Below, piece after piece: positions 40,126-52,400 of a DNA stretch of 64,000 bases. The first letter of the stretch is position 1. Each line of letters starts with the position of its first letter. The stretch lies in contig OZ024757.1 in the NCBI GenBank assembly GCA_964016885.1, positions 15,376,001 through 15,440,000 of the forward strand. The letters are read 5' to 3'. The position numbers and the translations under genes were made by a program. A model generated the notes under the pieces. The model searched no databases. It saw only the letters and a program-made list of their open reading frames with translations, and was not told where the DNA came from. This stretch comes from Eledone cirrhosa (taxonomy: Eukaryota).

Positions 40126-41362
40126 CATATAAATATATATACATTGTTATACTTGGAGAGGGTCATATCAAAAACCTCGCAAAACACATATATATACATA
40201 TATATATATGTATGTATGGGTACACCCGATGAAAAGAGGGGAAGAGGATGTCCCAAGATGAACTGGCAGTAGACAATTAACAAAGATTTAAAACCCATCA
40301 ACAAAAATTGGAATGATGTATTGATAGATGCAACTAATCGTGGTCATTGAGCACTTTAGCTGTCTCAAGATGCTGGAGTTATTAAGTCTAAGTCTAAATC
40401 AAATGTATATCATTCCTCAATTAATTCTTTTGATGTCAAACCAACTGATATCACTCTTAGTCCTCCGACACAAAACAGTTTGTTTTAAAGTGTTTATCAC
40501 CATCTTCAACATCATCACCATTTAACGTCCACTTTCCATGCTTGCATGGGTTAGACTGTCCGCCCACGTCATGAGACAAGTCTGGTCAGTTGGCTCTGCT
40601 GTACCTTGCTCAGATGTAAATTTGGTTGAGATTTTCCCAGCTAGATGCCCTTCCTACTACCAACCACATTTACAGTGTGCAACTGGATGGCACTGTTATG
40701 AGGAGGGACAAGCCAGTTAGTCATGCCATACCCTGCTCACAACAAAACCAGTTTGGGAAGCACAACCACATTTACAGTGTGGAGCTGGATGGCACCGATA
40801 TGGGGAGGGACAGGCTAGTTGGCTGTACCATACCCTGCTCACAGCTGGACTATAGTTTGGTATCTAAAAAATGTTCATCATAATTTAATTATATAATTTT
40901 ATGTTATAGCCTTTGTTTAGTAATGCTCCAAATAGCAGATATACAATGAGCTAGTTAGTTATATTACTAAATCACTCCAAATTATTGAATATTTTCAAAA
41001 TGATAAACACCCAGTCTACACCGTAAGGTGGTTATAGTAACACACTGTAAAGTGGTCATGTTGGTGACACAACAAAATGCATCTAGTTCCTCCTTTAAGG
41101 TGGTCAATTTGATAAAAAAAAAAAATCACTCAGTCCACACTCTAATGTGGTTTACATTAGAAAGGGTATTTAGTCATAGAAACCAATTCAAAATACAGAT
41201 CCATATGAGCAAGATGAGGTCTCTGGACCTGACTTGTCTTATAATGTGACAACTTATGCAAGCATGGAAAATGGACGTTAAGACATGATGATGAAGCAGC
41301 ATTTTTCATAAAAAAATATGGTACTGGGTTAAATGATCACAAGATACAAGTTCAATACTTAC

Positions 41363-41475
41363 AAGACAATCGAAAATGTTGAATGATGATTGAAAATAAA
41401 GTCGCACGCCCAAACCATACATTTTTATGAGCATCTCTGACATGAAAAGGGCTAAAAAAACAAACTCCATAACAT
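41363..41475 (-). CDS. Cav2: Cav2 alpha-1 exon, IIS2-S3 ([38 protein letters not shown])
   Basis: ttttcacag / gtaagt; 113 nt, phase 1/0; EM..KMYGLG...YF.SSFN.FD is Cav2-type. Confidence 0.97.
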
Positions 41476-43019
41476 CTGTGAAAATAGAAAAGAATTATAA
41501 GTTTATTGTAGTATTGTATAATACAGATTTATCTTAGATGTGTTGCCAACCCATGCAACAGATACACAACGCATACAATATTGCATTTAGGGTCCTGCAT
41601 GACAGAAAACGTTCTCCCATCCTCTCCTAGCTTATATCATTGGAGTAGCAATGGTATAGGTTTCTCATATCAATGACATCTAGCCTCACACACACATACA
41701 GATAGATAGATAGACACACATTTTTACATTTTATGGTGAGGTGTTTTTACTTGAAAGTAAAAAAATATTAATATAAAGGATGGAGAGCTCATGTGTGGAG
41801 ATGCTATAAAAGAGGGTGAAGCTCCTCAGCTATTTAATTTAAGATAAGTGTTGTCCTGGTCCCTTGGTTTAACCCTATAGCATTTAAACCGGCCGTATCT
41901 GGCCAGAATTCTCACACCTCTTTCTGTTCAAACCAGCTGTAACCAGCTGCTCATACTGATGTGAAGGCATTGTTCTCAAAATAAGTAATATAAAAATCTC
42001 ATAGATTTGATATTATGTGAGATAATTATGAGAGATACCTTTACCACAAAAATACAATAGTAAATATAGTGTAATGTAAATACGAAAGAGTTAATGGTCT
42101 AATGCCTCATAGCAGCCGATGACAATTTCTTTTTCAATCTTTAAGGGTCTTTACTCTATTTTATTGTATCTATGTACATGAGCACTCCATCATTTCTAAA
42201 GTCTGTCTTGAACTCGGAGGCTCAACAGGCCAGTACTTATCCTGGTTTCTGTCGTGTGAAGCAACTGAGAGTACAAGGCTTCTCCCTGGACAGGACACCA
42301 GTCCATCGCAGGGTTAAACCCCCAGTTTTTGCTGGTACTCATTTTCAACTGAGTATACTGGAACAATATGAAATGAAATCTTTTGCTCTAGAACACAACA
42401 TACAACCCAGTCCAGGAATTGAACCCACAACATTATAATCATAAGTCCAACACCCTTATTACTAGGCCACGTACCTCCACTGAGTATACTAAAGCAACAT
42501 GAAATGATGTGTTTTGCCCAAGAATACAATACACAATCCAGTCTCGGAATTGAACCCATGACATTATGATCATTAGTCCAACACCTTACTATTGGGGTGC
42601 ATGCCTCACACTCCAACCTTTATATTAATTTTATCCCCTCACTGCTTCATACAAATCCAAGAGATCAACTTCATATACATGGGGTTTGTCAAAAAGGATT
42701 AAAAATCCAGGGATAAATAATAGGTCAGAAACACAGGAAGTAGAATGGTTACTGTAGTGACTCCACCTGTGTTTTGTAGACACAAACTAATTAGGGGAGA
42801 ATATTTCAATCACTCATTTTGTTTTGTTTTGGACTGTTTCAGCTTCACTTCTGAAAAGAGGGTTATATCCATGAAATATCATGCTAAAATACACTGGGTA
42901 AAACATCACTTTGTTTTGTTTTATTTTATTTGTTATCATTTGCCGTTCATATTTTTCTACTGCATTTTACCAGCTTTTTTAAAATTATCTTTTATTATTT
43001 GGTTCTTTGTAATACTTAC

Positions 43020-43147
43020 AGAGAAATTCTGTATGCCAATCTGCTTGGCCGTAATGTTCTGAGGCAACACATAGTGTATTCAACAATACAAGGATAATCA
43101 CAAACCAATAAAATGCTTGGGATTTCACACTTTTACGTATTGTAAAC
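43020..43147 (-). CDS. Cav2: Cav2 alpha-1 exon, IIS1 ([42 protein letters not shown])
   Basis: AG/GT-bounded, 128 nt, phase 2/1; hallmark KSQxFYW..LV.LNT.CVA.EHY.Q of Cav domain II S1. Confidence 0.97.
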
Positions 43148-44059
43148 CTGTTGTAAAAGGAAAACAGAAAGAGATTGGACAATTATATAAAAATTAAGAG
43201 TTTAACACAAACAAAAACGTAACAGTCAATACTGAAGCCAGAGAGAGAAATGTGAGCAACTTGAGAATAAAGGAATCACTGCTTATATGTAGGTTCAACC
43301 CACAAATCAACAACAGAATGGAACTCAGCACACAATACTTGACATAGAAGGACACACCCACATGCAGCCTAAACATAACAATTTACACAAGCAATTGATG
43401 TCATTCTCCTGCTTCTCATGGACAGTACAGCAAATGTCAAAACTCAAAGCTTGAAAGCAGTCTAAATTTAAATCAAATTTCAAAGTGATAAGACCAGAAC
43501 ATTTTGTTCTAAGAATTCCCCATACTCTGAAGAAGGGGTTTTAAGTCCCCAAATATTAGGATGAAAAAAACAAAAGATAATAATAATAAATACCAGGTAA
43601 CAAACTTTTTTGTTGCCTTCATTTTACTGTCCATTTTACATTGTCTTAGCCTTCTTAAACATATCATTTTCTAAGTTATATATAATAAACAATGCTTCAA
43701 GCAAATTACGACATTCTATTAAAGAATTTGATATTTAGTCAACAACAAAAATTACCAAAATATTTACAGCACTAACAATAAATACAATCTTTTCCAAATT
43801 TTCCTCAGAGCATTGGCTAACTGAAACTAGTCTAAACCTTTTATTTATTCCATTTTGTATATATAAACACAATCTATGAAATATTTATAATAAATAACAA
43901 ATCAATGGAAATCAAATAAAAAGAGAATAGCATTGCAAAAGACTATAGATGAGAGGAAAAGGAGGGAAAGGGTGAGGATTATTCAGCAATGAAAGAAAGG
44001 GATAAAGGGAGAAGGTGACAGATTCTACACCTAAGTCAGAGTGGTGTTTCAGCTGTGCC

Positions 44060-44300
44060 CAATGGACAAAATGGCTAAGGCATTGCTGCAGATAATGACC
44101 AATGACACCTGCTGCAACAGCTTCCCCACTCCACAAGAATCCTTCCTCAGACAAGCTGCTGGGATTCCAATTTTATGGGGGAGGTTAGCTGCATGTGGTC
44201 CAAGGATGCCTGAAGTCTCAACAGCAACTGGTGAAAAGAGGATGTGGCCAGACATATCTTGGTATATGCTTATCTTCCTGTCCTCTTCATTGTGAGCCGC
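44060..44300 (-). mobile_element. Restriction-like-endonuclease (CRE-like) non-LTR retrotransposon 3' fragment; second fragment at ~25985-26165 (+)
   Basis: FSPVAVETSGILGP...LLQQVSLVIICSNA here; FQPVAFETFGP...GNAASVL with stops in the second fragment. Confidence 0.65.
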
Positions 44301-44504
44301 AGTACCAATGTGTGTTTTCAGGGCTTACCAAAGGTGATATTGATTAACAGATAGCTAACTGCCAAGGAGCAGAGGTATATTTTCATGGCTCAGCTAAGGC
44401 ATGCCCAATTTTTATTTTAAGTCTTTATGCAGTGGCTATGACTTCAGTTTGATGAGACTTTTTTCAGCTGTTTTGTTTTTCACCCAGCTCAATGACCCTC
44501 TAGA

Positions 44505-44947
44505 CAGTGATTCTCAAACCATGTGCAGTGGTGCATCAATGCACCATGAGATATAACTAGATGCATCGTAAAAGACTAGGATTAAGTTTTAAAATGTGTA
44601 AAATACAAACTGAAATTCATGTCAAAGTGGCAAATAAGTAAAGTTTAGTAACAAAATTTGAGAAAAATAACACAATCTTTCAACTCTTAAGAATGAGAAA
44701 TGGTTTGTGCATTCAATTTATTTTGGCTAATTATGTAAGATGTGTTTTTAAATTTTATAAGAATCTAAATTACATTGTAAAGGGTCTTGACCAGAGAGGA
44801 ATGGATCTAGAACCTTTAAACTCTATGTCATGCTAATATGTATGAAAAATTCTTGAATAAATTTTTGAGTTTATGATACAAAGCACAGCAGCATATCTTT
44901 ACTTTTTCAAAAGTGTGCCGTGAGTAAGAAAAGTTTGGGAACTACTG
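44505..44947. mobile_element. hAT/Charlie-type non-autonomous DNA transposon
   Basis: CAGTGATTCTCAAAC ... GTTTGGGAACTACTG termini at a CTAG-centred target. Confidence 0.7.
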
Positions 44948-45155
44948 CACTAGCCAGTGCCCTAGTGCTGATATTGTTCACTGAGAATTGTCCAAATGCC
45001 TGTACGACTAGTACTAATCACCCAGTTCAGAAACCAACTGAGGAGTGTACAAATGTGCATATGGTCCATTGGGTAGTGCCTAAATGCCCACTTGACAAGT
45101 CAATTCTGCCACAGTTCAACAAAATAAAAAAGTTACATATATCATTGATACTTAC

Positions 45156-45237
45156 CTCAGATGTTTTTCTGCTCTCCAAAAGCCAGCACATTTTCCATGG
45201 GCTTTTCGATTTTTTAGACCTCTACCAAATGAATCCC
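45156..45237 (-). CDS. Cav2: Cav2 alpha-1 exon, end of I-II loop (GDSFGRGLKNRKAHGKCAGFWRAEKHLR)
   Basis: caacag acceptor and AG|gtaagt donor; 82 nt, phase 1/2; FWRAEKxxR matches the Cav2 pre-IIS1 motif. Confidence 0.9.
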
Positions 45238-45289
45238 CTGTTGCCAAATAGAATGTGTATTATTATCATGTATATGATCATGTATATCA

Positions 45290-45665
45290 TCATCATCATT
45301 TTATGTCCGTTTTTCCCTGCTTGGAAGGGTGGGACGGGAACTGATTCTGGCTTCATTTCTACAGCTGGATGCCCTTCCTAACACCAACCTCATTTACAGT
45401 GAGTGCTGGGGGCATTTTTTTTTTCCGTGGCGCCTCCACGTCCACTTTACAGTGTGGGCTGGGTGCTTTTTTGCTGTGGCACCCCCACGACCACTTTGCA
45501 GTGGAATGATAGGGACCCTAGTCCCTATCCTCTCATTTCTACAGCTGAGTAAACTGGAGCAATGTGAAATAAAGTGTCTTGCTCAAGGAAACAACACATT
45601 ACCTGGTCTGATAATTGAACTCACAACCTTTCGATTGCAAGGTCAATGCTCTAACCACTAAGCCA
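45290..45665 (-). mobile_element. Composite SINE with (GAT)n-type tail; near-identical copy at 38145-38470, related pieces at 22960-23036, 39527-39750, 40500-40760, 42200-42615
   Basis: Shared ctacagctggatgcccttcctaacacc and tgtcttgctcaagg blocks; (cat)n tail. Confidence 0.75.
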
Positions 45666-45727
45666 TATAAAAGAATATATATACAGAGTGTTGGCAAAAA
45701 ATATATACACATTATTATAACGAATTA

Positions 45728-46240
45728 GTGTTAACTGTGACTTCAAGTGAACCATATTACCTGATAAAATGTCACTAATTAATCTGTTAACTGTGACCTT
45801 AATTAAACCACATTAATTATCTGAGTTCAAATGCCGCCGAGGTCAACTTTGCCTTTCATCTATACGGGGTCCATAAAATAAAGTACCAGTAATGTACTGG
45901 GTAATTGCTGGCCTTGTGCCAAAAGTAGAACATTTTAATTACTTGATGAAAGGCTCACCAATTAACTGTGACCTTAATTAAACCACATTAATTCCCTTAT
46001 AAAATGTTCACTAATTAATTAACTGTGACCTTAATTAAATCACATTAATTACCTAAAAAAAGGTGACTAATTAACTAGTAACTGTGACCTTAATTAAGCC
46101 ACATTAACTAGTTGGTAAAAGGTTCACTATTTAATATGTTAGCTGTGACCTTAATTAAATCACATTAATTACCTGAAAAAAGGTGACTAATTAACTAGTA
46201 ACTGTGACCTTAATTAAATCACATTAATTACCTGATAAAA
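45728..46240. repeat. Degenerate ~60-bp tandem repeat overlapping the donor of exon 46232-46324, interrupted by a SINE fragment (45820-45930)
   Basis: taactgtgaccttaattaaaycacattaattacc repeated ~7 times. Confidence 0.85.
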
Positions 46241-46324
46241 GATCATCATCGTTATCTTCATCTCCAATGTTGAGTTCTTTCTCTTCTTTAATTTTCTTTA
46301 CTTTTTGAGCTGCTAATCTCCGTG
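46232..46324 (-). CDS. Cav2: Cav2 alpha-1 exon, I-II cytoplasmic loop (ARRLAAQKVKKIKEEKELNIGDEDNDDDLLS)
   Basis: ttttacag acceptor and CAG|gtaatt donor; 93 nt, phase 1/1, open frame that joins the next exon in frame. Confidence 0.8.
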
Positions 46325-46444
46325 CTGTAAAACCAAATCAGAATTTCAGTAAGTTCAACATATATTGGCATTATTTGGTAAATTGCTCTACATTTCATTT
46401 TATCACTTAGTCAAAATAGAAACAGGGCAACATTCAGGAATATT

Positions 46445-49400
46445 TTACAGGGTCTCATGGACTGTTGGGTGGAAGGGAAGAAGCTTGGTTACAGGGTCTC
46501 ATGGAGTGCTGGGAGGAAGGGAAGAAGCTATCCCTGGTTACAGGGTCTCGTGGACTGCTGGGAGGAAGGGAAGAAGCTATCCCTGGTTACAGGGTCTCGT
46601 GGACTGCTGGGAGGAAGGGAAGAAGCTATCCCTGGTTACAGGGTCTCGTGGACTGCTGGGAGGAAGGGAAGAAGCTATCCTTGGTTACAGGGTCTCATGG
46701 ACTGCTGGGTGGAAGGGAAGAAGCTATCCCTGGTTACAGGGTCTCATGGACTGCTGGGTGGAAGGGAAGAAGCTATATATGGTTACAGGGTCTCGTGGAC
46801 TGCTGGGTGGAAGGGAAGAAGCTTGGTTACAGGGTCTCATGGACTGCTGGGTGGAAGGGAAGAAGCTTGGTTACAGGGTCTCGTGGACTGCTGGGTGGAA
46901 GGGAAGAAGCTTGGTTACAGGGTCTCGTGGACTGCTGGGTGGAAGGGAAGAAGCTATATATGGTTACAGGGTCTCATGGACTGCTGGGTGGAAGGGAAGA
47001 AGCTATCCTTGGTTACAGGGTCTCGTGGACTGCTGGGTGGAAGGGAAGAAGCTTGGTTACAGGGTCTCGTGGACTGCTGGGTGGAAGGGAAGAAGCTTGG
47101 TTACAGGGTCTCGTGGACTGCTGGGTGGAAGGGAAGAAGCTATATATGGTTACAGGGTCTCGTGGACTGCTGGGTGGAAGGGAAGAAGCTATCCTTGGTT
47201 ACAGGGTCTCGTGGACTGCTGGGAGGAAGGGAAGAAGCTATCCCTGGTTACAGGGTCTCAGGGACTGCTGGGTGGAAGGGAAGAAGCTATCCTTGGTTAC
47301 AGGGTCTCAGGGACTGTTGGGTGGAAGGGAAGAAGCTATCCTTGGTTACAGGGTCTCAGGGACTGCTGGGTGGAAGGGAAGAAGCTTGGTTACAGGGTCT
47401 CGTGGACTGCTGGGTGGAAGGGAAGAAGCTTGGTTACAGGGTCTCGTGGACTGCTGGGTGGAAGGGAAGAAGCTATCCTTGGTTACAGGGTCTCGTGGAC
47501 TGCTGGGTGGAAGGGAAGAAGCTTGGTTACAGGGTCTCGTGGACTGCTGGGTGGAAGGGAAGAAGCTATATATGGTTACAGGGTCTCATGGACTGCTGGG
47601 TGGAAGGGAAGAAGCTATCCTTGGTTACAGGGTCTCGTGGACTGCTGGGTGGAAGGGAAGAAGCTATCCCTGGTTGCAGGGTCTCAGGGACTGCTGGGTG
47701 GAAGGGAAGAAGCTATCCTTGGTTACAGGGTCTCAGGGACTGCTGGGTGGAAGGGAAGAAGCTATCCTTGGTTACAGGGTCTCAGGGACTGTTGGGTGGA
47801 AGGGAAGAAGCTATCCTTGGTTACAGGGTCTCAGGGACTGCTGGGTGGAAGGGAAGAAGCTTGGTTACAGGGTCTCGTGGACTGCTGGGAGGAAGGGAAG
47901 AAGCTATCCTTGGTTACAGGGTCTCATGGACTGCTGGGTGGAAGGGAAGAAGCTATCCCTGGTTACAGGGTCTCAGGGATTGCTGGGTGGAAGGGAAGAA
48001 GCTATCCTTGGTTACAGGGTCTCAGGGACTGCTGGGTGGAAGGGAAGAAGCTTGGTTACAGGGTCTCGTGGACTGCTGGGAGGAAGGGAAGAAGCTATCC
48101 CTGGTTACAGGGTCTCGTGGACTGCTGGGAGGAAGGGAAGAAGCTATTCTTGGTTACAGGGTCTCATGGACTGCTGGGAGGAAGGGAAGAAGCTATCCTT
48201 GGTTACAGGGTCTCATGGACTGCTGGGTGGAAGGGAAGAAGCTATCCCTGGTTACAGGGTCTCATGGACTGTTGGGTGGAAGGGAAGAAGCTATCCTTGG
48301 TTACAGGGTCTCAGGGACTGTTGGGAGGAAGGGAAGAAGCTATCCTTGGTTACAGGGTCTCGTGGACTGCTGGGTGGAAGGGAAGAAGCTTGGTTACAGG
48401 GTCTCGTGGACTGCTGGGTGGAAGGGAAGAAGCTATCCTTGGTTACAGGGTCTCAGGGACTGCTGGGTGGAAGGGAAGAAGCTATCCTTGGTTACAGGGT
48501 CTCAGGGACTGTTGGGTGGAAGGGAAGAAGCTATCCTTGGTTACAGGGTCTCAGGGACTGTTGGGAGGAAGGGAAGAAGCTATCCTTGGTTACAGGGTCT
48601 CGTGGACTGCTGGGTGGAAGGGAAGAAGCTATCCTTGGTTACAGGGTCTCGTGGACTGCTGGGTGGAAGGGAAGAAGCTATCCTTGGTTACAGGGTCTCG
48701 TGGACTGCTGGGTGGAAGGGAAGAAGCTATATATGGTTACAGGGTCTCAGGGACTGCTGGGAGGAAGGGAAGAAGCTATCCTTGGTTACAGGGTCTCATG
48801 GACTGCTGGGAGGAAGGGAAGAAGCTATCCTTGGTTACAGGGTCTCGTGGACTGCTGGGAGGAAGGGAAGAAGCTATCCTTGGTTACAGGGTCTCGTGGA
48901 CTGCTGGGAGGAAGGGAAGAAGCTATCCTTGGTTACAGGGTCTCAGGGACTGTTGGCAGGAAGGGAAGAAGCTATCCTCGGTTACAGGGTCTCGTGGACT
49001 GCTGGGAGGAAGGGAAGAAGCTATCCTTGGTTACAGGGTCTCAGGGACTGTTGGCAGGAAGGGAAGAAGCTATCCTCGGTTACAGGGTCTCGTGGACTGC
49101 TTGGAGGAAGGGAAGAAGCTATCCCTGGTTACAGGGTCTCGTGGACTGTTGGGTGGAAGGGAAGAAGCTATCCTTGGTTACAGGGTCTCGTGGACTGCTG
49201 GGTGGAAGGGAAGAAGCTTGGTTACAGGGTCTCGTGGACTGCTGGGTGGAAGGGAAGAAGCTATCCTTGGTTACAGGGTCTCAGGGACTGTTGGGAGGAA
49301 GGGAAGAAGGTATCCTTGGTTACAGGGTCTCATGGACTGCTGGGTGGAAGGGAAGAAGCTATCCTTGGTTACAGGGTCTCGTGGACTGCTGGGAGGAAGG

Positions 49401-52400
49401 GAAGAAGCTATCCTTGGTTACAGGGTCTCGTGGACTGCTGGGAGGAAGGGAAGAAGCTATCCTTGGTTACAGGGTCTCGTGGACTGCTGGGTGGAAGGGA
49501 AGAAGCTATCCTTGGTTACAGGGTCTCGTGGACTGCTGGGAGGAAGTCAAGAAGCTATCCCTGGTTACAGGGTCTCAGGGACTGTTGGGTGGAAGGGAAG
49601 AAGCTATCCTTGGTTACAGGGTCTCAGGGACTGTTGGGAGGAAGGGAAGAAGCTATCCTTGGTTACAGGGTCTCAGGGACTGCTGGGTGGAAGGGAAGAA
49701 GCTATCCTTGGTTACAGGGTCTCGTGAACTGTTGGGTGGAAGGGAAGAAGCTATCCTTGGTTACAGGGTCTCAGGGACTGTTGGGTGGAAGGGAAGAAGC
49801 TATCCTTGGTTACAGGGTCTCAGGGACTGTTGGGAGGAAGGGAAGAAGCTATCCTTGGTTACAGGGTCTCAGGGACTGTTGGGAGGAAGGGAAGAAGCTA
49901 TCCTTGGTTACAGGGTCTCAGGGACTGTTGGGTGGAAGGGAAGAAGCTATCCTTGGTTACAGGGTCTCAGGGACTGTTGGGAGGAAGGGAAGAAGCTATC
50001 CTTGGTTACAGGGTCTCAGGGACTGTTGGGAGGAAGGGAAGAAGCTATCCTTGGTTACAGGGTCTCAGGGACTGTTGGGAGGAAGGGAAGAAGCTATCCT
50101 TGGTTACAGGGTCTCAGGGACTGTTGGGTGGAAGGGAAGAAGCTATCCTTGGTTACAGGGTCTCAGGGACTGTTGGGAGGAAGGGAAGAAGCTATCCTTG
50201 GTTACAGGGTCTCAGGGACTGTTGGGAGGAAGGGAAGAAGCTATCCTTGGTTACAGGGTCTCAGGGACTGTTGGGAGGAAGGGAAGAAGCTATCCTTGGT
50301 TACAGGGTCTCGTGGACTGTTGGGAGGAAGGGAAGAAGCTATCCTTGGTTACAGGGTCTCAGGGACTGTTGGGAGGAAGGGAAGAAGCTATCCTTGGTTA
50401 CAGGGTCTCGTGGACTGCTGGGAGGAAGGGAAGAAGCTATCCTTGGTTACAGGGTCTCGTGGACTGTTGGGAGGAAGGGAAGAAGCTATCCTTGGTTACA
50501 GGGTCTCGTGGACTGTTGGGAGGAAGGGAAGAAGCTATCCCTGGTTACAGGGTCTCAGGGACTGTTGGGAGGAAGGGAAGAAGCTATCCTTGGTTACAGG
50601 GTCTCGTGGACTGCTGGGAGGAAGGGAAGAAGCTTGGTTACAGGGTCTCTTGGACTGCTGGGAGGAAGGGAAGAAGCTATCCTTGGTTACAGGGTCTCAG
50701 GGACTGTTGGGAGGAAGGGAAGAAGCTATCCTTGGTTACAGGGTCTCAGGGACTGTTGGGAGGAAGGGAAGAAGCTATCCTTGGTTACAGGGTCTCAGGG
50801 ACTGTTGGGAGGAAGGGAAGAAGCTATCCTTGGTTACAGGGTCTCAGGGACTGTTGGGAGGAAGGGAAGAAGCTATCCTTGGTTACAGGGTCTCGTGGAC
50901 TGTTGGGAGGAAGGGAAGAAGTTATCCTTGGTTACAGGGTCTCAGGGACTGTTGGGAGGAAGGGAAGAAGCTATCCTTGGTTACAGGGTCTCGTGGACTG
51001 CTGGGAGGAAGGGAAGAAGCTTGGTTACAGGGTCTCATGGACTGCTGGGAGGAGGGGAAGAAGCTATCCTTGGTTACAGGGTCTCAAGGACTGTTGGGAG
51101 GAAGGGAAGAAGCTATCCTTGGTTACAGGGTCTCAGGGACTGTTGGGAGGAAGGGAAGAAGCTATCCTTGGTTACAGGGTCTCAGGGAATGTTGGGAGGA
51201 AGGGAAGAAGCTATCCTTGGTTACAGGGTCTCAGGGACTGTTGGGAGGAAGGGAAGAAGCTATCCTTGGTTACAGGGTCTCAGGGACTGCTGGGAGGAAG
51301 GGAAGAAGCTATCCTTGGTTACAGGGTCTCAGGGACTGCTGGGTGGAAGGGAAAAAGCTATCCTTGGTTACAGGGTCTCAGGGACTGCTGGGTGGAAGGG
51401 AAGAAGCTATCCTTGGTTACAGGGTCTCGTGGACTGCTGGGTGGAAGGGAAGAAGCTATCCTTGGTTACAGGGTCTCGTGGACTGCTGGGTGGAAGGGAA
51501 GAAGCTATCCTTGGTTACAGGGTCTCGTGGACTGCTGGGTGGAAGGGAAGAAGCTTGGTTACAGGGTCTCATGGACTGCTGGGAGGAAGGGAAGAAGGTA
51601 TCCTTGGTTACAGGGTCTCATGGACTGCTGGGAGGAAGGGAAGAAGGTATCCTTGGTTACAGGGTCTCATGGACTGCTGGGAGGAAGGGAAGAAGCTATC
51701 CTTGGTTACAGGGTCTCAGGGACTGTTGGGAGGAAGGGAAGAAGCTTGGTTACAGGGTCTCATGGACTGCTGGGAGGAAGGGAAGAAGCTTGGTTACAGG
51801 GTCTCATGGACTGCTGGGAGGAAGGGAAGAAGGTATCCTTGGTTACAGGGTCTCGTGGACTGCTGGGAGGAAGGGAAGAAGCTTGGTTACAGGGTCTCAT
51901 GGACTGCTGGGAGGAAGGGAAGAAGCTTGGTTACAGGGTCTCATGGACTGCTGGGAGGAAGGGAAGAAGGTATCCATGGTTACAGGGTCTCGTGGACTGC
52001 TGGGAGGAAGGGAAGAAGCTTGGTTACAGGGTCTCATGGACTGCTGGGAGGAAGGGAAGAAGGTATCCTTGGTTACAGGGTCTCGTGGACTGCTGGGAGG
52101 AAGGGAAGAAGGTATCCTTGGTTACAGGGTCTCGTGGACTGCTGGGTGGAAGGGAAGAAGCTTGGTTACAGGGTCTCATGGACTGCTGGGAGGAAGGGAA
52201 GAAGGTATCCTTGGTTACAGGGTCTCATGGACTGCTGGGTGGAAGGGAAGAAGCTTGGTTACAGGGCCTCATGGACTGCTGGGAGGAAGGGAAGAAGGTA
52301 TCCTTGGTTACAGGGTCTCGTGGACTGCTGGGAGGAAGGGAAGAAGCTTGGTTACAGGGTCTCATGGACTGCTGGGAGGAAGGGAAGAAGCTTGGTTACA

